A DNA stretch of 64,000 nucleotides from Nageia nagi (GCA_050084985.1 JBITNC010000001.1:147498001-147562000); one strand, 5' to 3'. Positions 25,807-40,046 are shown, counted from the stretch's first letter. The notes: a model not told the origin generated them from the sequence alone. A program made the numbers and translations.

Positions 25807-26256
25807 TGTCATAGCCTAACTCATTATGGATTCCCTTGTTATGTTTTTCTTTGATGCTTTCATGTGTAAGATTAGATATTTATGCTTTTGATTGAATAAA
25901 ATATTATTCAATATGAATTTGCTTATAATATTATGTATGTTCAATTTAGGAACATTATTGTAATATGATCCTATTATATGATATTATATTTCATGTTATT
26001 GTCAAGTCATTTTTATGATGTAGGTAATAGGTACATGAAGGCAAGATGCTTAGGAATGGAATGAATATGATTATTGGTAATGAATATAATACCATTGGTC
26101 TAAATGAACATTAATCCAAACAACAAAACAGAGGTAACATGTCCCATATGTAGTTGCATAGGGAAAGGATAACCACACTAGTGGGAGCCCTCTAGGTTAA
26201 TGATTGGAAATATTGGTTGATGTATTGTTGTGTTCTTATAACCTTGCAATTTTGCC

Positions 26257-26625
26257 AAAAATGATAGCAAGTGAGATAATGTGTCAATACCCCTAACAAT
26301 TAATGTTATAAGGGCAAGATGACATTTAAAGGAATTATTAATTTAGGGAAATTAAGGTGCATTATTATTAAGGATTAAATACTAAGCAAATTATTATTAT
26401 GGAGTGTTTAATGCCTATGTTTTATTATTATTATTATTAAAATGATTGCAAGTGAGATAATGTGTCAATACCCCTAACAATTAATGTTATAAGGGCAAGA
26501 TGACATTTAAAGGAATTGCTAATCTAGGCAAATTAAGGTGCATTATTATTAAGTATTAAATGCTAAGTGAATTATTATTATGGAGTGAGTGTTTAATGCC
26601 TATGTTTTATTATTATTATTATTAT
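26257..26625. repeat. 182-bp tandem duplication
   Basis: AAAATGATAGCAAGTGAGATAATGTGTCAATACCCC... at 26257 is repeated at 26439. Confidence 0.92.
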
Positions 26626-26626
26626 T

Positions 26627-26683
<57 letters not shown>

Positions 26684-26802
26684 ATTGTTATTGTTATTGT
26701 TTTTGTTGTTGTTGTTGTTATTGTTGTTATTGTTGTTATTGTTGTTGTTGTTGTTGTTGTTGTTATTGTTGTTGTTGTTGTTGTTGTTGTTGTTATTATT
26801 AT
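26607..26802. repeat. Compound (TTA)/(TTG) microsatellite, ~65 triplets
   Basis: Directly visible; it produces the spurious poly-Cys and poly-Leu ORFs. Confidence 0.98.
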
Positions 26803-29109
26803 GTTAATTCATTAATTGGTAAGGTATTTTATTTATTATGGTTTGATAAATAAAACCATATTATTATATTTAAAATAATATAATAATAATTAAGTGATCT
26901 AGAATATTGGATTAGACACTAAGTGACTTATTTAGTGTAATAAATTGGATAAGAGATATTTATTAGAAGTTAAAAGATCTAATATTTAATTATCTAAAAT
27001 TATTATTAGCTAAATTAGAAGATATTTATCCATGCAAATCTAAGCTCTAGTTGTTTAACAAATACTAGAGTGCCTTGTGGTTATTAGATGAGATAATTAT
27101 CCCCAACTTTGGAATTATCTTCAACTTAAGAGAGCATGCAAATTAAAATATTAAATATTAATTAATTCCTAAATTAGCCACTTATAACTATTAATAAGAC
27201 CTTAGGTCTAGAGTTTATTATTTATTAGGAAGAGTAGAGAATGTTTGTTAGATTGGAGCTAGGATATTCTTCTTCAATTACAGGATTTTGAAAGGTTGGA
27301 CCTCTCTAGTTTATGGCTTTGGTTGTATGTATAATTTTTAATAAACATAATTATTTTTATGGTTTATAATTGTGTACATTTTTATTTATTTTATAATTGT
27401 ATTTCAAATTCAATGTTAATTTTTTTTGGTTAAATCTAATATATATTTGAAATTAGAATACCACATTTAAATTGCAAAAATACCATTGACCAAGTTTGCC
27501 TCCATTTCTATGTACAAAATATTCCCTTTTGAAGCCTAGTAGTTTTTTGGAAATCCATGTATAAGCTTAAGATATTTTTTATTTAAAAAGTGATTTTTGT
27601 AAAATATGGGAGTTTTCTATACTATAACAATATCACCCCCTCCTCTCAGACATGTGTCAATCCCAAGTGCACAATGGTGGTTGGGTCCACTTATTTTTAT
27701 GACATCAAGTGATAAACACTAGGCATTTATGCACTATAATAGACAAAATTTAATGGATTTATGTGTATTTCATCATTAATGGTATGGTATGTTGATTAAA
27801 ATAGTGGATGTTAAATACAAAGTCTTGAGTTTAAATCTCAAAAAGCTTTTTTACATGTATGAAGTTTCGATACTTTTAGGAAAAAAATGGATCTCACCAC
27901 ATATTTGACATTATCAGCAATACAAAGGGGCATTTTTGTGGAAGTATAGACATATCCATAAAATATGTAGTTTTTATCCCAAAAAAGTATCTTGGTTTTA
28001 GTTTAAGGGTTTCCATGTAAGCAATGTGGGGGGCCTAACATTAGGGTTGGGAGGTCTCCCACCTAACATAGGTCAACCAAGGGCCTTACATGGGGATGGG
28101 ATTTAGGAAAACTTTAGTAGCACTGGAAGAAGCCCAATTTTCCATCATACATGTTCAATTTTCTTTTAACTTTTATACATACCTAGTACTCATCTTGGCT
28201 ATTGCAATTTACAAATTACATGTAAACAGTAAATGTACAAGATGTGGTATTGTAATTGTGGCCTCTCCTAATTGTTCACTCACTATGCATTAGGGTTTGT
28301 GATCCATATCTTATATTTTAGGTTTTGTAATATGTATCTTCTATTTATTCATGGTTATGGCTATTAATTCAAGAACAATGATAAGTAAACCAAGGTGTCC
28401 CCTCTCATGTGGTTCACTCATTAGAAAGCCTATCACTAGAATTCTATAATCTCACTTGCATTGATTTGTAAGTTATTCCCATTTCTTGGAACTATAAAAT
28501 TTTTAAATGGTCTCCATATTTGGACCCATTGTCAAAGGATTCTATATTTTAATAGGTTTTTTCATCATCATGTTTAGATCCAAGCAAATTTTATGGGGTT
28601 TCTTATATTCATTTTGGGTGCTTTGAAAATTCATTTATTTAAATCTATTGAATCTTTGATGAGTTAGAGTGCTAGTAAGTATCAAATATAAAGAAACCTT
28701 CTTAGAATTTCCTACAACCAAATTTTTATATTTAGCATATCATTGCATGAAAAATGGAGCCACCAAGAATCCTAACAAGTTGGCAATGACAAAATAGTTT
28801 TCATTTTCTAATTTCTATCCTTCAATGTTTACTTTTATACATGATAAATATTTCCATTATTTTTATCCATGGGATTAGTCTTTTCTATTTTTTATTTCTT
28901 TTGAATGGTATATACTCTCCACAGAAGTAGATTAGTTGATTTACTATACTTGAAAAGTCTTCTAAAATACTGTTAAATTTAGGAGGCTGGTAAGCGGTAA
29001 TATACAACTATGTTAAAGGTCTCGTATGAGGCCTTAGACCTATTTATACCATGGTGGTTTAGCTATTAAAAAAAAAAAGGAAAAACCTAATAAAGTTTTA
29101 TTCCATTTG

Positions 29110-30620
29110 AATCTAATTCTAGTTCATCTTATGTTTTAAAAATATGGAGGATTTTTATGAATGTTCCTCCTTTACTGCTATAAGTATTATACTTTTCTAC
29201 TAAATTATCATCTATTTCAATGCTAATTATTTCATCTAACTATAATTTATGATCTATTTTACATGATTGATTGAGTTTTTGACAATACAGTTAATTACAA
29301 TATACTCTATACTAAATTTAATTTATCAATGAATGTTTATGTGCATTTTATAAAATGAGTTTCTATTAAAGTTATTTCTCTCCAAAATGGGAAAATAAGT
29401 AGGATATGGTGCAAGTTCAGTGTAATTCATTTAAATTATGAAATATGTTCTATTTTTTCCTTGATCAATTGACTCAATCTTCTATATTGCTTAAGGGTTT
29501 CTTCACTTCTTCACTTTGTACTGAGTGAGCATGGGGGTGATTCTAATGTGTATTCCCATGATATATAAATTTATCAAATTTTATTATTTTCCTAGATTCT
29601 ATAAAATATCAAATAAGCTCATTGAACTTTAAATTTTTTTAAATCTTCAATAACATTATATCTAGAAATATCATTTTTAAAAAATTTATTTGAAAATTTA
29701 CCTCAAGAGGATTGAAATTGTACTTGATTTCATGTGTTTTTTGGAGGTTTTGGTTGTGGTGGATTTGCATTTGAAACTTAATTAGGTGGATTTTACAAAT
29801 TATTAGGAGTGAAGGTAGCTAAAAAAATTTTACCTTTTCTTCATGAGTTATTAGAATTTTTATTTTGTGCCCAATTTCTATCAAAAAAAGTCATCATTAT
29901 CATAAGTTTCTAATAATAAAATATGATTGCTATGTGAAGTACTCAATTCATCTATTGGAACTATTTCCATATTTTGAATTTCCTTTTGAATGACATCTAA
30001 AGCCACTTTAAATTAACCATAAACATACTCATCATGAGATGCAATGGAATGAACTCCACACCAGTTAGAAAGAGCAATGTCAAGAAGATATACATTATTT
30101 ACCTACATATATGTATCTAGATTAGCACATTACCATTGCTTGGAGTAGTATTCCATGTCCTATTTTTCCTTTAGAAGTTGGAGTTTCTTGGCTAGTTATT
30201 ATATAGATTCTAGGGCTACTAATTTGGATTGAAACTTTATCTTTTGATTTGCATTACATCATTACTTAATTGCTACAACAATCTTTTCATATAATCCATT
30301 TCACTATTTTTTTATACAATAGTAATATTTGGTACCGTAATGACATTTAATGCATTAATAGTATTTAAAAATGAGGGTTATATAGTGCATACTATTATTA
30401 TTATTCAAGAATGAAGTTTGAGCATACGCATTGGTAACTGGTGCATGAGACATAGGATCTTGGATGGTAATTTCTTATCAAGGTCTCTTTGTTATGATAG
30501 GTGTTTGTGTGGACCCTATAATTTTAGTTTCCTTCCCACTCTACATAATAATTTATCTAAATTCTTCAACTATACCAATCAATTTTTGCATTGTTTTAGT
30601 GAATATGTTGGAGAAGTTAG
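29110..30620 (-). pseudogene. Gypsy gag C-terminal region up to the start of protease (decayed)
   Basis: TKTMQKLIGIVEEFR*IIM*SGK; MKRLL*QLSNDVMQIKR; zinc-knuckle-like NWCGVHSIASHDEYV; HKNPPYF (pre-protease PPF motif). Confidence 0.6.
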
Positions 30621-31301
30621 AACTATAAATATTTTCTTTAATTGTTTGATGTTAAAATGAGAAAGTATAAATATTTTCTTTAATTGCCTTAGTTTTTTTT
30701 TTTTTTTTTTTTTGCTACCAAAATTTTTATTTAATCTTTGCTGAAAATAAATATAACTATTGAAAAACCTTATTATACTTTGAAAAATACTACATGAGAG
30801 ACATTATTAAGAAGATTATAAGCTTAGTATAGTTTTTATTTTATTTCTAAATATATTTTTTTTCTTTCTCTCAAGCTAGTTAAGAGTGGGGAAAGTTTGT
30901 TAAAAACATTCTATACATTTCTGTTGGGGTTTATATTTCTTTTTATTCTATGATTTTGATAGAAGCATATTGATTTATTTATACGAAACATGGTTATATT
31001 GTTGCACACATAAAATTCTTATCTTTGGAGATTGCAATTTGCATTAACCTTCCTCAACACTGCACTTGTGAGGTATAGTAGCTCCATAGTTGTATAATAC
31101 AATATAATGTATTCTAAATTGTGTGTCATGTTTCTAGAATTGGCAATTATTTTTTCTCTATGTGTGTTTTTAATAAATATCATAATTCTTTCATAATAAC
31201 ATGAATAATTGTAATAATATATATATTTTTATAACATGAAATTTTGTTTGTTATATCAATATAGAATAATATATACTTTTATAATAGGTACGTAATTTAA
31301 A

Positions 31302-32990
31302 ATGCTTCAAAAAAGAAAAATATAACAAACTATTGAATTTGTTTTTGGATTGACCAAAGGACAAAGTTCAAGCACCCATGAGAGCATAAGTAATCATAAA
31401 ATAATTCAAGATCCTAGAGTGAGAGGACATATGCATGAAATATTTGGAACTTCATTAGATGATTCATCATCAAAAAATAATGAGAAAGAGATTGAAAATG
31501 AGAAGGAAACAATACAATTAAATAGAACATTTCAAAGGGAATGGGTAGATAAATTTCAATGGTTGACTCATTATGAGAATGATAACAACATGGTCATGAA
31601 ATGTGAGTATTGTATGAAGTATAAAAAGGTTGGACCATGGGGTATAGGTGGAGGATATACAACAATACAACATGATGCACTTGTGACACATGAAAAATCA
31701 ATAACACATAAAAAAGATGCAATAGCATGGTTCAATGCTAAAGATAAAAAATATAAGACCCATGCAGGAACATATAGTAGAGATTCAAGAAACTAATAAA
31801 AATAGAATCATTTCTACCATGAAAATAACTAATTTTATTTACCAAGAGGACTTATCATTGCTCAAGTATAAAATTTTTTGCAAGTTTCTAGTAGATTTAA
31901 GGACACCAAATATGCCAAAATTTGAGTATTATTCATATACAAATTGTGTTATTGTAACTAATTTTATTTATTGTATATCAACTTATCTTGAAAAGATACA
32001 ATTGGATAATATTTCAAAGAGCCCCAAATTCCAACTAGTGTTGGATGAGAGTATAGATCGAAGCTTAGAATAAAATCTCATTATCTATGTTGCATACTTA
32101 AGCTTAAATGGAAATGGAATATCCAAGTCATGGTTCATGAAGCTTAAAATTATAAGTGATGGAAAAGGAAGAACTATTTATGATATCATGAATGAATTCA
32201 TAAATGAAAAGGAAGAACTATTTATGAAGAAGTTAATTGTTATTTCTATTGATGGAGCTTTAGCAATGGTGGGAAATGAAAATAGTTTTATTTTTTATTT
32301 TTTAAAGATGTTTCAAACTTAATCATGATCCATTGTATATTTTATAGAGAGGCCTTGGTAGTAGCATATGCTTTAAAAAGAGTGCATGAATTATTGTATG
32401 TTGAAAACAATTATGAATAAGGTGTATTCATGGGTTCAAAATTCTCCAAAGAGAAAGGATGACCTTAATATTTTGCTTAAGATTATGAAAATTAACATTC
32501 TTGGTGTTCTTCAAATTCATTCAGTATGATGGTTATCAAGAGGAGAGGTCATTCAAAGGCTTGTGAAACTTATGTTGGCTACTTTAACTTTATGGAAAAA
32601 TAAATCCAAAAATTTATCATCGTATTATAAGATAAGGATTGATTCTTTACAATTTTGTTTACACATGATTGATGATTTTCTAGGTGAACTCAATAAGCTA
32701 AATAAAAATTTTCAAGAAGAAAATATAGATATCACAACTCTTGGCATGTATTTAGAAGTGACCATTAGTACTTTAACTAGATGATTTTTGAGAAAAGAAA
32801 TATTTACTGAAGATATAATGTATCTTTCAAAAAATTTAATTGATTCCAAAGATGGATACATTGAAATTAAAGATGAAAAATGTGAAATTAGTCATAAACA
32901 TCAATTATTATTTGTACCTATCCCAAATGTGGATATTGATTCCAATAATGGAAAACAACAAAAAATGGATCCATGCATTGATGGTACATT
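31302..32990 (+). mobile_element. hAT-superfamily transposase pseudogene (ZNF862-like), 3'-truncated
   Basis: ATG at 31302. TTF-type zinc finger FQREWVDKFQWL..MKCEYCMKY..HEKSITH; first catalytic D in LVLDESIDRSLE; second D in ISIDGALAMVG; IHC..YREAL; SPKR; V*WLSRG. No C-terminal dimerisation domain. Confidence 0.88.
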
Positions 32991-33237
32991 AAAAGTTGTT
33001 AATTTAGTGGGGTTTAATATCTATCATTTTTATAGTGAACCCTTTGATTTATTATCTTTGCTAAATTCTTGAAGCTTTCTATAAAGTTCTCTTTATCTGA
33101 TGTACTTTCACTAGCATCTTTGATTATTTTTCCCTTTACATCTATATATGTTTGTTTTGTACAAATTCTCTCACTTCATTGTTGAACTACCTTTGTTACA
33201 CTATGTTTTCTCCTTTTGGGAACTTTCTTTACTACAG

Positions 33238-33309
33238 GGTTAGTAGAAATACATGCATTTTCATTGCTAGAAAGGTTAGTAGAAATACATGCATTTTCAT
33301 TGCTAGAAA
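33238..33309. repeat. Perfect 36-bp tandem duplication
   Basis: GGTTAGTAGAAATACATGCATTTTCATTGCTAGAAA twice, in frame within ORF 33176-33364. Confidence 0.95.
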
Positions 33310-33458
33310 TAAAAAATATCTTTGGAATATAATGCATAAATAAAACCCTTAATAGATTTAACATTGTGGTAGAATTGAGAGTGTAGGTTCAAAATCACTT
33401 TTTTTCCAACCCTAATTAAGAGAAAGAAAAACCCATAAATGGGTGGCCAACAATATAT

Positions 33459-33987
33459 TAATATGTGTTTTGGTATACCTCCGATTTTGGTCTAAATGAA
33501 TGAAACATACATAAACATTTAAGTATGTATTATATTAGAAAATTAACTTAGATAAAAATACATGAATAATAGGGAATAAATAGTATAATAATGTAATAGA
33601 ATAATTATGAAATACTTCGATGTCAAGATACAAAATGAATGTATACACTAAAGACAAAGAATCAAGTGTAGGATAAATACCTGTGTACTTGTATGTATCA
33701 TGGATAATTATATGTAGGATGAACTTATCAAGGAGAGGTGACCTTTATTTGCTAACCCCATGGCCAACAATAAAAATAATGCATGGGCTCTAGGCTCAAA
33801 GAACTCAACATGAGTATGCACTTCAATGTAGGAGCTAGCATTCCTATAGAATGAGGTCCACCAATAACGATTGATGACTATAGATATGTCAATAATTCAA
33901 ATGAATTATATGATCACAAATATGGATGATAAATATTTGTTCAAGTGAATACAAGATTCTAATCTCAATAGGTGATGTTTACAAATA
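33459..33987 (-). repeat. LTR (right copy, inferred 5' LTR) of the 22076-33987 element
   Basis: TAATATGTGTTTTGGTATACC...GGTGATGTTTACAAATA followed by the TSD CCTAT. Confidence 0.82.
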
Positions 33988-36900
33988 CCTATCCCCTCCC
34001 CTTATAAAATACTTACCAATATATTGATGTCTCAACTAGATATTAAAAATACCCCTTGTATTTTCACATGTTTTATTTATCATTTTCTAATAGTGACTCC
34101 CTTCATTCATGATGGCACTTATGGTGGGCACTTCAATGGAGTAGACAATGCAAATTAGATCTTGAGAATGGGGTATTATTGGTCCACCATGGAATGATAT
34201 ATTAATGAGTATGTTAAGAAATGTTTCTTATTGGCCAATTTACACCACTCTCATCAGGAGGCCATACATTCATTATCACTTCCACATAATATTTTAATAA
34301 ATGGATCTAAGTTAAGCTATTAGTTTTCACTACAGGTAATAATATTAACAACTTCATTAAGACACACATTACTTTTTATTTTGGTATTCCCTCAATGATA
34401 ATATCAGACAATGGTATTAGCTTCAAGAATTAGAATATGTGGATATTATGTAATGGTTATAATATTAAACTCTCCTTATCCATTTCATATTAACATCAAG
34501 GTAATGGATAGGCTAAGGTTACAAATAAATCCATAGTCGATATTATTAAAAATATGATCAATGATAATTATATAAATTTATATGAATGTCTTCCTTATGC
34601 CTTATGGGCTTACCACATTAGTATCAAGATACCTACAAGGGCCACTCCCTTCTCATTATTCTATGGTATGGAATTAGTTATACCACTTAAGTTAAAAATG
34701 GTATCTTTAACAATGTAGCTTTAGGGTCTCATTCTAGATGAGGAGGTCAAATAATCTAGATTATACCAACTCACTCTTTGTGCTAAGAGGTGATTCAATA
34801 CCATTGAACATCATAAGGTTTATTAAGGCTAGAGAATTTGAGATCAATGATGTACTTCTTAAAAAGAATCAATAGCAGTCACATCTTGAATGGTCTCTTT
34901 GATATATATTTTCCTTGAATTGGTTAGGGATTTACATTTTCAATATAATATTTGATATAGGCACCTATCATTTAGTGTATTTAGAAGGATAAGAAGAGCT
35001 CAATCCTATTAACACCATTCATATTCATCCATTCTATGATTGATTTTACTTTATTTATTTTATGTTTGTTTGTTCATAATTGATTATTGTGTTTATTTCT
35101 TTTATTCAATTTTGCATATATTTTGCCATCCATTATTTGTTTATTTAAGCATTTCACTTCAATCTACTTCCTTGTTAATTCTTCATTAGGCTATGAGGGG
35201 TGTCTTATGTGTAGGCATTCCCTTGAGATTGTACATCACAGAATTTCCTTTTCTCACAACTTTGTTTATTTTTAATCATGGTATAAGGATTAACACACAA
35301 ATGGTTCTCCAGTTTTAGTATCATCCAACCTTTTTTGGGTGCATGGAGATCATAAGTCACCCATCTCCCTATTATCATGTGTTAGTCTTCTATCATCACA
35401 TATTCTCATCACCTTCCATGAATTTGTATTTTTTATTTTATTTATCACCATCCCTTATATTCATCTTGGTCAAGACTATTGGATATTATCTTTACATCCA
35501 TGGTGAAGCTAGCATAGTCCTGAACATAAGTGGAAGTCAGTCTCAAAATAAACCAACATGAATTGAGTTGTTTGTTTGATAAGAATTTTCATATTGCTTT
35601 TATTTGTATTTATGTTTTATTATTTTACTTCGTGGATCAGACCCATTGCATCTCAATCATGCAAACCTCATCAATGACTTCTTTGCATACTCATTTATTT
35701 TATATTTTACCATACATGATCCATGATTTTTTAATGATGACATAATCACTTGGATCTTAGTTAATATATTGGATTACCTTAAAATAATTTGATTAGAATT
35801 TATTATAGATTGATTAGTATCAAGGTTTTTGAGGGAAAATATATATAACATTTTTATGATTTATGACATCAATGAACATTCATAGATGTCACACACTTTA
35901 TTCTTCATCATTTATGTATAATTATTATTTTTTATTTTAAGATTATATGATCATAATTTGTTTTTAATATATTATTTTGATATAATTTTAATATTGTTTC
36001 CATACCTTCATCTTGTATGTATCGCATTTTTCATGTTATATCTTTGTATCATTTTGTTAAAATTGTGTTTCATTTGGATTTGAAAAATATATTTTCCCAT
36101 GTTAACTTTGTGAATAATTTATTTCATTAGCCTCAAGTTCATATAGATACTAATAATCCATCAATTTCTTTCATATTGTATCACCCATCAGGTGTTTATT
36201 TTACACCCAAATTAGGTCACTTATGCTTATCTACATCATTGGTAATAGATGTTGTCTCATATCATCTTATCATCAAGTTATGGAAAATTATCATGTTTTA
36301 CCTTATTATATATTATCATATCATACCAATATATTTTGAATCAGTTTATAATCATTTTCAAGCCCATTTTATTTTAGGGATAAAGGTCCTAAAATTTGGT
36401 ACCTTAAAAAGTTGGCTTCAATTCGGTAATTTTAAACATAACAAATTAAATATGTTTTCCATTCTTCAATTCTTATCATATCTTTGATATATTAGTAATT
36501 AGTAGATACATTTTCTCGATCATTTCAGGTCATTTTGATAGTTTTTGCAAGATAATATTTGAGGTAGTTATAGTAGTGCAATTTTGGTAAGCACTAAAAG
36601 TTTTCACACCATCCCAATTTGCCTCCAATTCTAGTTTCAAAAATGGGCCAAAGGAATTCCATTGTTTGAACTACTTATTCCTACATTTAGATCAAATTAT
36701 TGTATATTTGATTATAAAACTCATCTCTCAATTTGGCATGGTGGTTGCTTGTTTTAGTCCACAAAATTTCATCATTTTTTATATTTTTAAAGGTGTTAAT
36801 TTTTTTAAAGTTTTCTTTTAGTCATTTTTAGTTGCATTTTCATAATGTGAGCCTATCATTATTGTTCATTATCATGTTTACTAACATAATTTGAGTATTT

Positions 36901-37964
36901 GGATCTGTCATATTAGCACATAATCATGCCTGATTTTGTGGGTTAATTTTATCATTTTACTTGATTATGTGTCAGTTATTTATGTCATTTTATTTACTAT
37001 AGATTTTAAGTTTTACCAATTTTATTGGTCTAGTTGCTTTATCTTTATTTATTTACTATCATCTTCATTTTGCAATTTTTATTTATTATTCTCATGTTTA
37101 TTATGATCATTTATCATTAGTTTTTCATGTAAGTATATTTTGTACTTAAATTTTATCCCTTTTCTACATCTTGATCACTTAGTCTAGTGATTTATCTCAT
37201 ATCATAAAGTCTTTTGTTTTGTTTATTTCTTTTTCCATAGCTCTCATTTCTTATTTATGATTATGTTTTTTCTCACCAATTGATATTTATCTTCATTTCT
37301 TATGGTGTCCATTTTATAGTCACTTGTTAGTGTTTTTTGGTCTTGTCCATTTTTGTATTATATCCATTATATATTTATTTATTAATATTTTATTATCAAT
37401 TGCATAATTTCCTTATTTTCTAGTATCTTTTATTATCATCCATTCTTTCCATTTTCCTTTCATAATTTTGTGATTTAGGTGTTTTACAATCATTTTGTAC
37501 TAGATTTTATTATCATTATTTATTTTATAGTATCGATTACAAGTGTTGTTATGCCATACATTGTTCATTAACCATTAGAATAGTGTGCATATAGGTGCAT
37601 GTGTCCATTCATTCATTGTGTCATTTATCTATTTTTAAGCATTCATATTGCATCCATAGGATAATTTCAAAGAATAAGCAAATCATCCATATAGACAAAA
37701 TGATCAATATACTATTGCTCCTATAAGTGCATAAACCATACATAATGTATCACATAGCATAGTCAAAAATATAAATACATAATGTCTAAGAGAGTCATCC
37801 ATCCATAAATCAAGCACATCCATCCACAAATGCATACATTCATATATATAGCAGAATCAATAAAAAAAAATATACATAATCATATATCATAAATACACAA
37901 ATTCCATGTACATAGTACATAATGTCTACCTCATACATACATAAGTCATACGTTATATGGTGGA

Positions 37965-37968
<4 letters not shown>

Positions 37969-38000
<32 letters not shown>
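37969..38000. repeat. (AT)16 microsatellite
   Basis: Directly visible. Confidence 0.98.
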
Positions 38001-38003
<3 letters not shown>

Positions 38004-38983
38004 AATTTATATAATTCACCCTAGAATTCTACTCTTGCTGAGTTCTTGATTGATTAAGATCTATGGTATTCCTTATCTCATCCCCATTCTTTTCTCAAGC
38101 CCCTAATAGGTTCGCTCCTATCTCAGGTTACTCCACTAATTATGGTGATTCAAAGATCCTTCTTACCACCTAGGTAACCTATAAAATCTTCCTATATGTT
38201 TATCCCTATGATGCTTTTTGGATCAATTATGCTTCACTTCTATGGGTGGTTTCCACCATCCTTGATCGAATTTGGGCTATATACTAGGTCCTTAATGTTG
38301 CTAGTTCTATGGGTATCAACCTTACCTTTATAATTTATTTCTTTTATGCATGTGTACAAATTACCTCCTTATCTAGGTCATCCAAGATCCCCTACATCCT
38401 CCATTAGTGCTCTACCATGCTCATGATAGGCTCCACCCCTTGGTTTAAACGTCCCTTTGCCTATGCTCTCAACGTATCTCTATCTCTAAGCATAGAAACA
38501 AAAGTAACAAATAGTATCCTCATCTCATCTTTCATGGAGTCATGTAACTCCTAAGTTGCATCTAATTATTATTAAAGGGAATCTTGCTCACTTTATTACT
38601 AAGCAATTTAGGTTTTTGGTCGAGACACTTACCCAAGTTCCACTAAGGGTTTTGAAATACCATCACTATATCCTTCTCTATTTCCTCTGTTGAGCGATAA
38701 TTTTACACTTTTTGATGCTCTACTCCCCCAATTGTATATATTTCCATTTGGTCCTCATCCTGATCATCCTCCTTATCTTTTCCATTATCCTCCCCTACTC
38801 ACCCTCCTTGACCCAAGGGTCAATTGGTACTAGGGGGCCCTACCCAACTTGCACTACTTAGTTTAGATCCTTTCCCTCTATGGAGCCCACTATGCATTAT
38901 AAGTAGTCATCATATTGATATTATCCCTTATCAATTATACTACTAGTGGATTAGGTGATGTATCTGGCTCTATATATGTTAGC

Positions 38984-39804
38984 TATTTACAAATATTTTG
39001 AGGAAGCAAATAAATAAATAATTACAAACCTAAGATACTTGTTTTGAGCTACATATAGCAATTTAGACTACACAAAAAAATAGATGAAGAAGATAGCCAC
39101 TCTAGAATTAGGATTACAATACTAATCAAGAACTGTAATTTATGTACTTACCTTACAAAGTGTACTTGACACTAAATAATGATGATATATTTGATGTGTA
39201 AATGACAAAAGTATCCTACTCTAGAAGCTATGACCTAAAATATTACAAAAATAGGACTGTAGGTAATATATATGGTGTTTAGAAGGAGCATTGATGGTGT
39301 ATTTAGCATGAATAAGGAGCATCAATGGTTTTCATCATAGTGCCTTTTATTCTCAAATTGAGTCAAGTACTTTCATATGGATGTTTCAAATAGATATGTG
39401 ATGTCAATATAGATCATTAATGTTAGAATAGCTCACATAATAAAGTACACAAACCACAGCCTTGAATGGTAGCATCAAGAGACACCTAAAGGATTGTCAC
39501 CACCAAGACTAGATATGGGATCATGTATATCCTTGATGTGGACTTACTATTAGATCCTTGTTTATATAGATAATAATATGACCTACTCCTTAGGTTGGTG
39601 TGTACCTACATAAATAAGGTTAGCCCATAACACATAACCATATTCAAGACAACCATTGATATCATAACCATACTTAAAATAAACATTAACATTATGATCA
39701 TATTCAAGATAAGCATTGATATCATAGCATTAAATATTCTAGGTGTGTATTAGTGCAAGCAAATGTATTTCTTTAAATGCATGAATAAATTTTATGCGAT
39801 AACA
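38984..39804 (-). repeat. 3' LTR of the gag-only element
   Basis: TATTTACAAATATTTTGAGG...GCGATAACA; matches 46177-46997. Confidence 0.93.
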
Positions 39805-40046
39805 TATGCCCCACTTTGGATGAGAAATTGATATCACTAGGTGCATTGAGATTTTTTATTGAATGTACAACCAATATTTCATAGCAATGAAATACTAACA
39901 AGCATTGATAACCATAATACCAACACTAATCAATTTGAATTTTAATAAAGATTGTAATATAGCAAAACCTATAAAAGCTAGATATGGGTTTGAGAAAACT
40001 CCTTGCTATGATGTTTTTCAATATACCCCTTGTCATGATACTAACA

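Larger units (their letters stand above)
25807..27330 (+). repeat. Probable 3' LTR of the chromovirus fragment (right end uncertain)
   Basis: Starts TG directly after the PPT; contains a 182-bp tandem duplication and the microsatellite. Confidence 0.5.
22076..33987 (-). mobile_element. LTR retroelement (~11.9 kb; gypsy-type gag, no RT seen) with 5-bp TSD CCTAT
   Basis: Direct repeats 22076-22580 and 33459-33987 (TG..CA, decayed to TA..TA in the right copy). CCTAT at 22071-22075 and 33988-33992. Orientation inferred from minus-strand gag-like remnants. Confidence 0.8.
21900..34106. mobile_element. ~290-bp non-autonomous TIR element (MITE-like; parts 21900-22075 and 33993-34106) with 8-bp TSD TCATGATG
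   Basis: TCATGATG at 21892-21899 and 34107-34114; removing the insert restores the integrase reading HTCHDGTYGGH. Inverted ends: GGAGTCACTTAGTAGAAAA...AAAATATGTGTGAAAAT versus ATTTTCACATGTTTT...TTTTCTAATAGTGACTCC. Confidence 0.75.

Noticed and set aside
26560-26853. Poly-Cys and poly-Leu ORFs
   Set aside because: They are translations of the TTA/TTG microsatellite.
33430-33458. PBS of the CCTAT element (rc TTGGCCACCCATTTATGGG)
   Set aside because: It is not directly adjacent to the LTR and cannot be matched confidently to a tRNA.
35087-37900. Short hydrophobic ORFs in the Tat 3' region as env-like genes
   Set aside because: They are explained by T-rich composition, with no continuity or motif.
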